Shown here piece by piece: positions 11,022 to 23,116 of a stretch of DNA of 35,783 nt. This DNA comes from Craspedostauros australis (Eukaryota), in NCBI GenBank assembly GCA_030167865.1, contig JALAGF010000714.1:62001-97783 (forward strand), read 5' to 3'. Made by a program: the position numbers and the translations under genes. A model generated the notes under the pieces. That model had not been told where the DNA came from. It made no database searches and saw only the letters and a list, made by a program, of their open reading frames with translations. The stretch's first letter is position 1, and each line of letters begins with the position of its first letter.

Positions 11022-11688
11022 TCACCACAAACACATCGCAGCCTGCCCCTCCTGTTTCCAATCGTTGTTGTAGTAGTGTGAAAGGCTGATTTATGATTAC
11101 TTGGCTTGCGTTGTTTACTGCAGTGCGAGAGCGGTTGCTGGCGTGCATGCACCGTGCGAAAGCACGAGATGTCAACTCTTGGTTTTAGTAGAGCGGTGAT
11201 CGGAACATGACGACCGATGACTCTGACGTCTCCGATCTGCTGACTGGAAGAAGGATGACGGTGCCAAATGATGCTGCGTCATGCAGGAGGATCCAGGTCT
11301 TCAAGGAACCTGAACGACGACGTAAGATGTTGGAGGAGTTGCTAGTTTGGGCGCAAAGTTGCTGATGACGCCATTTGTTGATTGGTATCTTCCACCGAGT
11401 CCCCAGTCACGGATAAAGAGACGACTCGATGGACTACGACAATGTGGTTTCAATCAATGAACTTCGACTAGTCCGACTTTATCGTTGCAAGATTCTGCCA
11501 ACGCGCAAATCGCCACATGCGGCGGCAACAAAGATACCGTCTCACGTGCACCTGCTTCACACATCCATCGCCTTGTGTTCTTGCACAGAGCACCAACAGA
11601 TCCATAATCCCTCTCGACGGGTCGCCGACGAGCACTCTGCTTCGTCACATGCCGCATGCGATCGCAGCCATGGATGGATCGATGAATC

Positions 11689-12705
11689 ATGGAGCCAGTG
11701 ACCATCATCTCGTTGAACACGTACCTAATTGCGAGGTATTTCAACAAAGGCCGCATCACTCGTCCTGATGGACGGGCTTCGATGATTCGCGCACTTGTGG
11801 AACGCAAGAAACCAAATCTGGCGTTGTTTCAAGAAGTCTGGGGCAGCGGATTATCCAACTTGGTGGCTGGCATGGAAGCACCATCGCACAGCGCAAGCTC
11901 GCAACACGTGAAGGACGACGATGGCCACAGATGGCAAGTGCCAGCCCACCGATCCGTGCTGTTGCCGATCGCCGGGGCGATTTCTGAGATCGTCCACACG
12001 ATGCGCTTCCGTTGGCTTCAAACGGGAGGTCTGTACGATCTGCACGATCGTCACACTTCGGCGTGCCTGTACCGTGACAAGCACACCTTCACAGTTAGCC
12101 GCAGCCGTTCCAAGAAGGGTGTCGAGGCCACGCTGTGGAAGTTCGCGGCATGGGGAGGCGATCGGCAGCTGCTGGTACTGAACACGCATCTGGATCCGTG
12201 GCATGTCCTCAACCGTCGGCGGCAGGTGCAAGAGATCAAGATGTTCCTGGATGACACGCTGGGTCGGTTGGAGCATCGGGGTTATGACATGGCTCAAACG
12301 GGCGTGTTGGTGGTCGGCGATTTCAACGTGAAGGCAGGTTCGAACGAGTATGATGACTTGTTTGCCGGCGACGAGGGGGACAACAGAAAATGGGTAGATC
12401 TATTTGCGAGCGATCAGCGCAAGTCGAGCGGTGTTGAGAATGAGCCAAACGAGAACGGCATGGCACGGCTGGTTGGAGCAGAGAGCGCCAAACATGGCAC
12501 TGATGATCACACGTACTGCATCCGCAACAGCTTGGTGTCGTACCCGAAGGATTGCGGACGCATCGATTACGCCTTCACGTTGGAACGTTTTGAGCGTCAC
12601 CGCTTGCTTGCGTTGGACTGCGTGCATGCAGAAATTGAACGACAACAGCGCGGTGAGGAGCTGTCCGATCATTACCCATTGATCTTTCAGCTCATCCCGA
12701 GATGA
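11689..12705 (+). CDS. Endonuclease/exonuclease/phosphatase (EEP, DNase I-like) family protein, sphingomyelinase-like
   Basis: All canonical EEP motifs appear in order: SLNT, ALFQEVW, NTHL, GDFN, RIDY, SDHYP. 338 aa, single exon. Confidence 0.9.
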   Translation: MEPVTIISLNTYLIARYFNKGRITRPDGRASMIRALVERKKPNLALFQEVWGSGLSNLVAGMEAPSHSASSQHVKDDDGHRWQVPAHRSVLLPIAGAISEIVHTMRFRWLQTGGLYDLHDRHTSACLYRDKHTFTVSRSRSKKGVEATLWKFAAWGGDRQLLVLNTHLDPWHVLNRRRQVQEIKMFLDDTLGRLEHRGYDMAQTGVLVVGDFNVKAGSNEYDDLFAGDEGDNRKWVDLFASDQRKSSGVENEPNENGMARLVGAESAKHGTDDHTYCIRNSLVSYPKDCGRIDYAFTLERFERHRLLALDCVHAEIERQQRGEELSDHYPLIFQLIPR

Positions 12706-14717
12706 TCGACTTCTCAGACAGAATTGATCTCCCCACGGAGTTGCTGTCTGCGAAGGGCATGGCTGCACCACCTTTTGATGATGTCCATTCCGCCAGCGCG
12801 GGAAACGGTCGTGATACTCTCGTGTGCATGACGCCAGATCATCTTTTGCTGTTGCGACTACGGGGGCATGGAAGAGAGGCTGGAAGCCAAACCAAGACGG
12901 CACGAATCTCTAGGTAGTGAGCAATGGTTGAGCAATGGTTGGGTTGTATTCACACGAGCAGTTACAGATGCAACTAATCAGGCAATGTATTGGTGCGCAG
13001 AGTAGCTGTCTGCACCCGTCGATACGTATGGCATGTATGTGCGTTGGTACGCTTGAATTCATGCTGCTTGGGCACGAGAGTCAATTAGCGGCTTCAAATG
13101 TGTTGAAAGTTGGAGATAGATGGCGATGCTTGAGCATCTTGCCAGTAAAGCCGATCAAAGTAAACCAGGTAGAGTGTAATTGAGTATGTGTTATTGCGAC
13201 AACGCTGCGCACACTGCTCCCACGCATGGTCGCTGATCAATCAACTTGATGCCATGATCTATTCTCATTGCATAGCCTGAGCGCTTTTAGTTGGATCGTG
13301 TTTCGGAGCAATGACAAACTGTGCGAGCGTTCGACGTCAACGGCGGAACAGCCAGGTCATCCTATTAATTATGTCCGGACAAATGGCCGCAGATGTTCTT
13401 TGATGGTGGCGCAGCGACGTGGCAATTGGTCTTGTGACTGGATTTCTTCAAGTCGGCGACGTCGACGCTCTGCAACGAGGTCGGCCAAAAGCGAAGAAGG
13501 AAGTGGAAACGTGATGGGCGCTGTGCTGTTGGATTCGGTTTGGCACCGAGGTTGGCGAAGAGGGATGAAGGTTGAGGAATCAGATCTCTCTTCCTCGATG
13601 CTTCTTTGGAGTTCACACCTACGGTGTCCTTGTATGGTACAAGTGCGCGCAGAGTTGAGCTATCCAGATCACTCACGGAGAAAGAGAGAGAGCAGATGAC
13701 AAGGAACGGACAGGTAATGATGATGCAACGTCGCCGAGTAAAGAATCACAGAATCGTCCAGTATCACGTTTTGCCTATCCAGCGTTTGTGTACTTGCGAA
13801 ACCATGCGCTGTCTGCAGAAGATGCCGTCACTGGAGACGCCTCATCAAAGGGTACAATACCAAGGAGAGGCATCGGATACGAGCACGGAGATGATGGAAT
13901 TTGAATCGATGTTGAACATGCTGTTTTCCACATCCAGTGGCCGAGGTTCCTCAGAACAATTTGATTGGAAACCAAGGGACTGGAGGATGGGTTTGGCGTG
14001 TTGGTTGTGTTAGCTGTTTGGAGTATAGCGAAGGATCTGCGAACAACCTACCAAGGTGCGCTGTGATGATGATGCTGCTGATGCTGGTGGTGGTTGATGA
14101 GGCTCACTGTCCCGTGCTATCATACGATGCAAGAGAACTGCTCTATTGTTTTGAATGCGAGTAGCGCGCCGATGTTCTGCTCTCTTCTCTATCTTGGTTT
14201 CCCTTGCCTGGGCGTTTTTCGCTTCGGAGTGCGTGTTTTTGTGGGCTGATGGATGTCGTCATCGCTGGTTGACGAATTGGCTGGCTGGTCACATTGTTCC
14301 TCACTTATGCCCACGTCACATTCAACGTGCGCGTCATCTGTTGATGTCGCCCATCTGCAACAACCGGATCTCTTTTGTTCTGTGTCGTTTTTTTTGTGAC
14401 CACGCTCTTTGTGGGGCTGCACACACATCGCGATTCATACCGCTTAACTCGAGATCGGCGTGCGAAAGGTGGATCACCGGAGACCTCCGAAGAGACCAAC
14501 GCAGACACAGACACAGACAAAAGCCACCAGACGGAGGGTACAGCTGTTTCTTCTCGTCCACCCAAGTTGTAGAGACCACAGGAGAGGACAAGCCACGGTG
14601 CCTGCATCGGCAACTGTCATCAATCAGGAAAGGTGGAAGAAGTCCCAAAAGCTCACAGAGGAGAAGGCAACAATCAACACACCGCAATTAGCATCAAGAG
14701 CATCAAGAGCAGAGAGC

Positions 14718-14734
14718 AGAGAGAGAGAGAGAGA
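14718..14734. repeat. (AG)n microsatellite in the bZIP upstream region
   Basis: Run of agagagagagagagaga. Similar short AG tracts occur near 5954, 13683 and 22929. Confidence 0.8.
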
Positions 14735-14840
14735 TACCCGAGACATCAGACAGAAGAAGCCACCGAGATCCTCCTTCATTCATTGTGATTCCCAGATTGT
14801 CAGCAACAACCATCACCGACTCCTGCGTCCGGAGCACTTC

Positions 14841-14990
14841 ATGACATCAGAAGAAGCAGTCGAAGCCTCATCTGCCATCGCAGGAACAGGAATAGCACGA
14901 ATAGGAATAGCCATCCAAACAGTAACGACAACAGCAACAGCGACAACATCATCCACGTTGAGACAGTGGAAGAGCATCGAGTTGGATTGA
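14841..14990 (+). promoter_or_regulatory. Putative upstream ORF (49 aa) in the bZIP 5' leader
   Basis: The only + strand ATG I found between about 14347 and the bZIP ATG at 15275. It ends with TGA at 14988-14990. Confidence 0.4.
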
Positions 14991-15274
14991 AGGAACAGCA
15001 TTTGCGAAGGCATAGGCGTGGGGTTGTCTTCGCAAACGCTGGTCCGTCTTTCAAATCATCGCTCGGACCATCCTTGAATCCGACATTCGAGAAGCAGAAC
15101 AACATACTCTGCCTGCATTTGCGCATACTCATACTAGTACTCCGCCACTTATTGCCTGCAGCGCAGCGCAGTGAAGGCCAGAGGAAGGAGTGAGAAGCAT
15201 TGGGCAGAAGCGTCGGGCAAAAGCACAGGAATAGACAGCACCCAAAGGAAGGCAAGCAAAGCAGAGCGGAAAGA

Positions 15275-18124
15275 ATGGGGCCACAAGCGAAGGGCGCGAG
15301 CTCCAACAGCACGGAACAGAACAATGCTACCAATGGAGGGGGTGTTATCGGCAATTCTGTTGGTGGTGCTGGTGGTAGTAGTGCAACCAGAGCTCCAGCA
15401 CCGACTCAAGAGGATGGAGAGCGAATGGTTCTGGATGCATTGCTCAACATTGGTTCAACCACAACAACGCAGCAACCACAGCACCAACCACAGCACCAAC
15501 AGCCCCGACGACAGCAGCCAGGCGGAGCTCAAGAACAGCAGGCGGAGCAACCGCCCCAACATCATCCACAGCATCTATCACAAGTTCAGCCCCATGCACA
15601 GACTCAGACACAGACTCAACATCAATCCACGTCCACACCCACTTCTCAGGGACCTGCACCAGCCACAGTGCAAGCTCAGCCGCAGACACACTCCAACATC
15701 CCAGCAACGTTGCCATCGGCTCTTGCAGATGCGATTGCGAACATCATGAGATCGTCTGCAGCACCTTCCGGCACTGTGATACCCCAGCCTGAGGCTGCAG
15801 CCGCATCACCATCATCAGGGGCAATGTCAGAACATGATCGTCGGAGTAGCTTGAGCGTGACGGACTCGATGCACGGCAGATCCGCGCCAGGAGCATACGC
15901 CAACGGCCATGTGAATGGTGCCCATGCGACGAATGCTCACGCCAATCACAGCGTCAGCCACGGCACCAACGCCTCCGCGACTACCAACACGTCCACAAGA
16001 CAGGCTCTGCTCAACAGCGCAAACCCGTTCGCCGCGGCTTCCGCAGCGATGGCATCCAATCCCCTCGCGCACATGCGCAATCAGCTGCAGGCGGCGGCAT
16101 TGCTCAACAACCACTCCATCCTGCATCGCGGTGGTCTCAATTCCGCCCTTGGCTTGGCATCGCCATCGTCGCACGCTCAGCTGCTGGCATCAACACAGGG
16201 TCTGCCACCTTCCACGCTGCCCAATGCATCCTTGATCTTGCAACAACTCCTGCAGAACACCAGCACAGCTGCAGCTTCGACTCCCTCCATCACCGTCGCC
16301 AACCGCAATGGCCCCAACACCCAGAACACCAGCGCGAGTGCGAACAACAACAACAACAACCACACCACCGCCACCAATGTCAGACCGCAAGTGAACGACT
16401 CACCCAATCAACAGGTTCAACAAGCCACAAGCCATGGGACCACCACCTCCACCTTCCGGCCATCGTCGCCACAGCCCGGCATCAAAAGCCCCGTTGCGGA
16501 ACTCCAGCCATCTTCCATGTCCCTGCTGTTGCCATCGCCGGCCAAGAGAGCCGGTGTCTGCAAGGACAAGGTCGAGGCCGCACTGCGATCCAAGCCGCAG
16601 AGAGGACGCAAGCGCAATGATCTCAGTGAACTGGATCGTCTCGAACTCACCCGCACGCGCAATCGGGAGCATGCCAAGAGTACGCGGTACGTTTGTGGCG
16701 CAGCAGAATGCTTGCTTCCAATCAGCCGACCAATGAATGAATGCTCACAAACTTGCATGCGAACATCCATTCCACATCTGTTGTACACTCCAATACTCAT
16801 CCTGTTTCACTTCCATTCGCTTCCTCCACATGCACGCATCGTATCACCAACTACAGAATGAGAAAGAAAGTCCGATACCAGGAACTTGAAGAATCCGAAC
16901 AACGCCTCAAGAAGTTGGAAGGGGTGCAGCAGCTACAACAGTCACGGCGCAAGCTCTTTCGGCAGTTTGTGGAGCGCAGAATAGGAATGATGACGGCGGC
17001 ATGTCAGCAATCGGCGAAGCGCAACTTCGACAGGAAGAAGGACAACGGTGAGAGTGAGAGCGATAGCAACAACAGCGGCAGTGGCAATGAGGACGACGCC
17101 ACCACCGACACAACCGATCACGTCAGGGTCTCCTTGAACGATCTCATCACCAACGAAGAATCCTTCCATTGCACGATGGACCACATTTCGAGCATGCCAT
17201 CAGAGACGGACCAGAGTACCAAGGTGAGGCGGGGAAATGGATCTGTTTTGCACAATGCTCTGTGTAATGCTCTGGATGATCATCTATTGCATTGGATGCA
17301 TCAGTACTGCGTTTTGGGGGGTCTGTTTGCTGATGTGGTGATGTCCCTTGTTCCTCCTACACGTCATTCCACATGACAGCACAAGCACACCGTACCGCAT
17401 CATGCCATTCCATCGAGTACTGTATTCGCTCACACTTTGCATGCAAACACTTTGACTCTTGAACTGCCCTCTTCCACAGGTCAAACCTTTCTCATCATCG
17501 TCGACGCTGTCGTCGTCGTCGTCTCTGGCATCCACCATATCACCGAGATTGGCACCGATGCACATGTGGGATGCGGAGCTCGCAGCCCAAATCAGGATCC
17601 ACAACATCTTCCCGCCGTCCGCACCGCACCGCCTGGGATATCATATCGAAGGAGACGATTACGGCGTGGCCTGCACCGATGACAACCGATGCTTCGGTCT
17701 GGTCCATATTTCACAAGCATTGGAAGACAAGGGCGCCGCACCCACGAACAACCGGCTGCTCCTCGCCGGTGTCCTCATTGTTCACTTCGTGCCAGCATCC
17801 ACAAAGATCACGACCGCGCAGTGGCACACAACGACCAATTGCATCCCTGAACTTAATCCGCAGCAACGGACGTATGCGACCGCAGGTTTGGCGACAGACC
17901 AGCAGCAACAACGACATGCGCAAGGTGGGCTTCGTTCAGGTGACGATGCAGCGACGCAAGGGCAGCTGTCGACCAACGCAAAGAGCGACGGTGATGATGC
18001 AACAAACGCGGTGGAAGATGGTGCGACGAAGGATATTCACATCGACAGAGTCTATTCCAGCGTGGTTTCGTTGGAACGGCATGGGGATATTGATCCAGGG
18101 AATGGGGTTGGGATGAATATTTGA
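15275..18124 (+). CDS. bZIP transcription factor; exons 15275-16686, 16857-17223, 17480-18124
   Basis: Splicing intron 16687-16856 (GTACGT...CTACAG) restores the basic region RTRNREHAKSTRMRKKVRYQELEESEQRLKKL. It is preceded by KVEAALRSKPQRGRKRNDLSELDRLEL. Second intron 17224-17479 (GTGAGG...CCACAG) is phase 0 and keeps the frame. Q/S/A-rich disordered N-terminus. Confidence 0.88.
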
Positions 18125-18765
18125 TGTGTAATATCTGCAAATGACACTCTGGCATGGAGTAGCGTGGCGTATGTACTCTATTTATTGCACTTGTGCAAGA
18201 CCATACAGTGGAGAGTTACAACCAAGGGCACCGACTGCTCTGGCACTGCCATACTCTACCCTCTATGTAAATCTGATCTCATCTACATCTATTATGCTCT
18301 ATTGCCATTGTCATAGTACTATACTTGTGTGGTACTAAAAGGTATGATGCGCTAGTGACTGCGCTACGCTCCATCACCACTCTCGCATCGTGGCATCCGA
18401 CAAGAGGGCGGGTACGACAACTCCCACAAACTGCGCCGCTAGTTTGTGTGTAGTTCTAGATGAGTCCTGCCAAGATTGACTTGTTGCGAAGAAACGCGAA
18501 GCCCATGTCTGTCGACTTTCTGTCACGTGTTGTTGATGTTCTCCTTCGCTTTCGTGTGAAGTTTGAGGAACAAGTGTTGCGAACCCATTCATGCCATAGT
18601 GATCTGCAATAGCAATCGCAAGCGCAGCAACAGAGAGAGGAACAGCTCCTGTCACAAACATCCTAACCATCACAATTAGACAGAGCATCAACAACAGCAA
18701 CAGCTACAGCAACAGCGACAGCGACAGTGTCAGCAGCAGCAGTATCAGCAGTATCGAGTGAGAGC

Positions 18766-20031
18766 ATGTCGAGCAACCGCAACCTCTCATCGTCATCGCT
18801 AATAGGCACCGCCATCGCGGCATCCTTCCTGACGGGCGTCGGCATGAGCGTGTACTTCATGCGAGTCCGCGATAGAGAACGGCTGCGCAAGGCAGCATCC
18901 CGCGTCAAGACCACGTTGCGCAAGCAGACGCAGCGTTTCAATCTGGGACCAAGGTTTTCCACGTTTTCTACCACAGCACATCCCAAGATCATCGTGGTGG
19001 GAGCTGGGAACTATGGTACCGCGATGGCCTACACAGCCGCGAGGCATCGGGAACATGAGGTCATTCTGTTCATGAGAGATCCGGAGCAATGCAGGTGCAT
19101 CAACGAGGAGGGATACAATCCCAAGTACCTGTCCAAGTACCCGTTGACGGTTGACGGCAACAAGATCACAGGGATTTGCACGAAGGAAGATCTTGCAAAG
19201 CATCTGCAAACGCCGGACGTGCTCCTCATCCTGGCCTTGCCGTGCCAAAAGACCGTCGATTGGATCTGTGACCATCGCAGCATCATCCCGCCGAACGTCC
19301 TCATCTGCAGCACGGCCAAGGGGCTGTACCTCAAGACGAAGCAGCTGATCGGACATGCTATCCTGGATGCGCTGGATCGTGCCGAGCAGCCACTGACGTT
19401 CCTCAGCGGACCCGGCTTCGCGGAGGAGATCGTCAAGGGACACCCCACGTCGGTGGTGGTGGCATCCGACCAGCTCTTCCTCGCCGTGCGCGTGCAGAGG
19501 ATCATGAGCAACATGCGCAATTTCCGCGTCTACACGTCGCAGGACCCCATCGGCGTGCAGCTGGGTGGCGCCCTCAAGAACCCCCTGGCCGTCGGAGCCG
19601 GGATGCTGACGGGTATGGGATTTGGAATCAACACGCTGTCTGGAAGCGTCACGCGCGCTAGCCGCGAATTGTGCGATCTGTGCATCGCCATGGGCGGGGA
19701 TCCGCAGACCATCAACGGCTTGTCGGGCATTGGCGATCTCGTGCTGACGTGCTTTTCGGACAAGTCCCGAAATCAGCGATGCGGGCAGCGTCTCATCAAG
19801 GGGGAGAGGATCGAGGACATTCAGAAGGACTACACTGTGGAGGGTGTCGCCACGGCCGATGTCGCGATGGTGTACGCGGAGATGTGCGGTCTGGAGCTGC
19901 CGCTCTTCTCGGTCGTGCATGCCTTGATCCACAAGACGATCGATGCTGACAAGGCTGTGGAGATGATGATGGGCAGGTCCTTGAAGCCGGAGACGGATCG
20001 GGGTTCTCACCATGCGGTTGGTTTGGTGTAG
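18766..20031 (+). CDS. GPDH: Glycerol-3-phosphate dehydrogenase [NAD(P)+], GpsA-type, with N-terminal hydrophobic extension
   Basis: Rossmann motif VVGAGNYG, plus STAKG, LSGPGFA, GGALKN, GDLVLTC...SRN and VEG. First ATG at 18766. TM-like segment LIGTAIAASFLTGVGMSVYFM. Confidence 0.95.
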   Translation: MSSNRNLSSSSLIGTAIAASFLTGVGMSVYFMRVRDRERLRKAASRVKTTLRKQTQRFNLGPRFSTFSTTAHPKIIVVGAGNYGTAMAYTAARHREHEVILFMRDPEQCRCINEEGYNPKYLSKYPLTVDGNKITGICTKEDLAKHLQTPDVLLILALPCQKTVDWICDHRSIIPPNVLICSTAKGLYLKTKQLIGHAILDALDRAEQPLTFLSGPGFAEEIVKGHPTSVVVASDQLFLAVRVQRIMSNMRNFRVYTSQDPIGVQLGGALKNPLAVGAGMLTGMGFGINTLSGSVTRASRELCDLCIAMGGDPQTINGLSGIGDLVLTCFSDKSRNQRCGQRLIKGERIEDIQKDYTVEGVATADVAMVYAEMCGLELPLFSVVHALIHKTIDADKAVEMMMGRSLKPETDRGSHHAVGLV

Positions 20032-20631
20032 CGTAGAAGAGAGCAGAACATACCATATAATAGGTCGTTGATGATGCGCAGTAGTGTAATCTTGGTGTTA
20101 GCAAAGGAACGACTCCCTCCGCAACGAACGTTCGTTGTTGAACATTGCGTCTACGAACTTGCACAGGTTGGAAACCTTTCGATCAGCGATGACATGGCTG
20201 ACAACGCTGCTCCAACCGGTGCACTTGCGACTTGTAGTTGGACATGTAAAGTTGATTATATTGCTGCTGCTTTAATCACAAATACTCGTAGGATGATGAA
20301 ACGATGGGACATTGGACAGAGCGGGAGTACAACCTCTCGCTGCCATCGTTCCGTGGAGGCCTCTGTGGCCATTTCTCTTCATCTTTCGAGATTGACACGT
20401 ATTTCTCTCTCTCTCTTTCATTCACTCACTTGGTTACTCTTTCACATCATGTTCTCGAGCCTGCAGACTGTTCACGCCAAGTTCATGTTGGTCTGGCCGA
20501 AGCCGCCGCGGCATCTTACTCACTCTGAGATCGTTTGGCGCTTCTAACCGAATCTCGGTAAAATCGCCATACGAAGCTCCACACCACTTGCTTGCATGTT
20601 TGCAATTGTTGATATTGGCCATTTCGCCGCC

Positions 20632-22161
20632 TTACTGAATGAGGCAACCGCAGGTCTGCATGGCCGTTTCCATTGGATCACTACCGCCGCCGCCGCCTGC
20701 TGCAGCACCGCCACCGGCTGCCAAGAATGCAGTCATGAGGCCCATCATTGGAGCAAAGTCGAAGCCTTCGGCCAGGTGCATCTCTTGCTCTTCGCCATCG
20801 GCAACAAAGACGTATGGGAGGTCAAGAACGGTTCCGGAATGGCAGCAGTCCATGATGGAAGTACAGAAGACTCCCTCTGGCATGGGTGCGACCAGGGTGT
20901 TGAAGAGGTCGTCATCGCGGATCTGACCGGCGTTGTGGTAGTCGAGCGGGACCAAGGTCTCGTCGTATCCATCCTGCTCGTCACCATCGTCGTCCTTCAG
21001 CTTGCCTCCGTGGCCGGAGTAGTGGAGGAACACCACATCACCTGGCTCACTGGCAGCGACGATCTCCTTGTATGCAGCAAGGATGTTGTCGTGTGTTGGG
21101 TTGGTGTGGTTGCCATCGTCCATCAGCACGGTGATGTTCTGCTCCTCGAATCCGTGGCAGTCCTTGATGTATTCTTTCATCTGCGAAAAATGGATTGGAA
21201 GTGTGTTCATGTTGGAATCGTTGTACGTCCATGGGGTGTTGTCGTTGTTGTTGTCGTTGTGCAACGGTGTGAGGAATAGTGTGAGTGCGTAGTCATTTCC
21301 GTTGGTCATGATTTTCTGAAGGGGAGAGCATGGTAGATTGATTGAAAGCTATGGATCGCCACCCATGGCGATGATGCAAGTTCTTCATCCATGCTGGAAC
21401 ATTAGCTATCCCATGCGAGTACAACAATGGAAGCGATGCGCACGACCCGTTCATCACACATCGCCGATGCGACTCCATCGCAACTTACGTTTCCAACATC
21501 GTTGTGGCACCCGCGCAGCTCTCCGTTCTGTCCGACATAGTTGATTCCACTGCATACATCAGATGCACGGAATCATATCCCGAGAGGATTCGTTCGAGAG
21601 GTACGAAAGGAAACATAGGTGTGAGTGCTTTGGTTGTTTCGACGAACCACCGAAGATCCCGATGCAAAACCCCGGTTCGTCGTTGGTAGATTCTCTCTTC
21701 GTGAATCCAATCAGCTGCCGTTTCTCCGCTCCAAGTCACCAAGCAACATGGCACGAGATTGCTTCCATCCTGTCCAATCCAATCCAATCCATTACTTACA
21801 TCATGACGGCTCTGGCGGTTCCGCTGAAACCTGGCGGCACGAGGTCGAAGTTGTCGTGAATGTCCATGGGACGCGAAGACGAGAGCTGCGGCACCTGCGT
21901 GAAGGACTTCTGCTCCAGCATCCCGCGCACCTTGAGGAGGGTGTCCTGGAAGCTGAGATCCTTTCCGGTGTTCTGATGATCAGCATAGGTGACGTTGAGG
22001 AGGGCGGAGGTGAGGGCACCGCCGGCTCGTCCAGCTGGATCCGGAAGCTGGAAACTAGCGACGTTGCTGACATCCGCGGAGGTCTGCGAATCGCGGCATC
22101 CGCTGATCATGCGGAAGTCGGCGGGGATTGCCTTCTTGGCTTGTTCCAGTGAATCGGCCAT
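20632..22161 (-). CDS. MCA: Type III metacaspase (p10 N-terminal to p20), 323 aa; exons 22161-21800, 21549-21489, 21180-20632
   Basis: Exon 1 encodes p10 ([13 protein letters not shown]...GGALTSALL...QVPQLSSS). A 61-bp exon 2 missed by the ORF track encodes [21 protein letters not shown]. Exon 3 carries the catalytic dyad HYSGHG and MDCCHSG. Introns 21799-21550 and 21488-21181 both read GTAAGT...CAG with consistent phases. Confidence 0.95.
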
Positions 22162-22550
22162 CTTGTCTCTTCAGTTGATTTGAGTTGGGTTGTGTTGTGT
22201 TGTGAGGACAGCAACGGGTGCAGTTTGACTTTTGGCTTGTGTTAGCAATTATGATTGTGTTGCTATTGTTGTTGTGGTTATGGTTATGGTTGTGACTGCG
22301 GCTGGAGCTGTCGTGACCAAGATCGTGATTGTGAGGCGTTGGGTGGATTGGCGCGAGGTGTCAGCTCGGCAGAACGAGCAGCTCGCGGAAGAAGGAAGAG
22401 CAAACCACTCCCCCGCTTTGCACTCTTCCAACGGTTGCGCGTGTGTCAGCGCAACGTGCGCGCACGGCGTGTACCTACTACTATTGCGTGCGCACATGCG
22501 AACCACAGAAAAGGATTTGGCTTCCGATTTTCGCCTCTCGCACAAACTCG

Positions 22551-22564
22551 TGATTGGCCAATCA
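22551..22564. promoter_or_regulatory. Perfect 14-bp palindrome TGATTGGCCAATCA (two inverted CCAAT boxes) in a divergent promoter
   Basis: Seen directly in the sequence. It lies between the head-to-head ATGs at 22161 (-) and 23117 (+). Confidence 0.5.
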
Positions 22565-23116
22565 AGCAGAGCGAACAAGACACAAAATGTGAGACAAATT
22601 TCAACAATTCGGCGAGGAGTTGCGCGCACCACAAATTCTCCCTTTTGACAACTTCGATCAACACGGAACTGGAATGGTCGTGTTGATCGGGTGTTGGTCA
22701 CACCATCGTCTGTCCGTGTCCGTCAGAATCTTGCAAATCGAGACAACCATCAACGATTGACCAAACACGAACATGGCGATGGAAGGAAAAGGAAGCGACC
22801 ATGGCGCAACGATGTGTCGGCGTGCCGTCATGGAACCCAAGGGACACGGCGGAGTGCTCGCAAGATCCGATCAACATTCACACACGCTTGCCAGCACGGT
22901 ATCACACTCCACCATAGAATGCATACGGAGAGAGAGAGAGAGCAGACTGCTAACGTTTTATACCATACGACGAATACCAATACTCCATACGATCACAATT
23001 TATCCCGACGTCGTGCCTCACAGAAACAGCAGCAGCAATACACGATAGCCATACACGATAGCAATAGTCGTACCCGTGCCATCAATACAGAGACAAAGCC
23101 AATCAAAAGTAACAGA

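Noticed and set aside
12900..14340. Short ORFs in the EEP-bZIP intergenic region as a possible transposon remnant
   Set aside because: I could not see transposase or RT motifs, terminal repeats or target-site duplications.
18799..20013. 404-aa - strand ORF
   Set aside because: Antisense shadow of the GC3-rich G3PDH gene.
21181..21309. ORF-track N-terminal extension of the metacaspase p20 ORF, suggesting two separate genes
   Set aside because: The sequence is intronic. The 3-exon model joins p10 and p20 into one protein.
21773..21793. (TCCAA)n run giving several CCAAT matches
   Set aside because: A simple repeat just inside a metacaspase intron, with no reason to call it a promoter element.
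22691..23116. Long in-frame N-terminal extension of the hypothetical protein
   Set aside because: It starts at a non-ATG codon, contains an AG microsatellite and lacks codon bias, so it is more likely 5' UTR or promoter.
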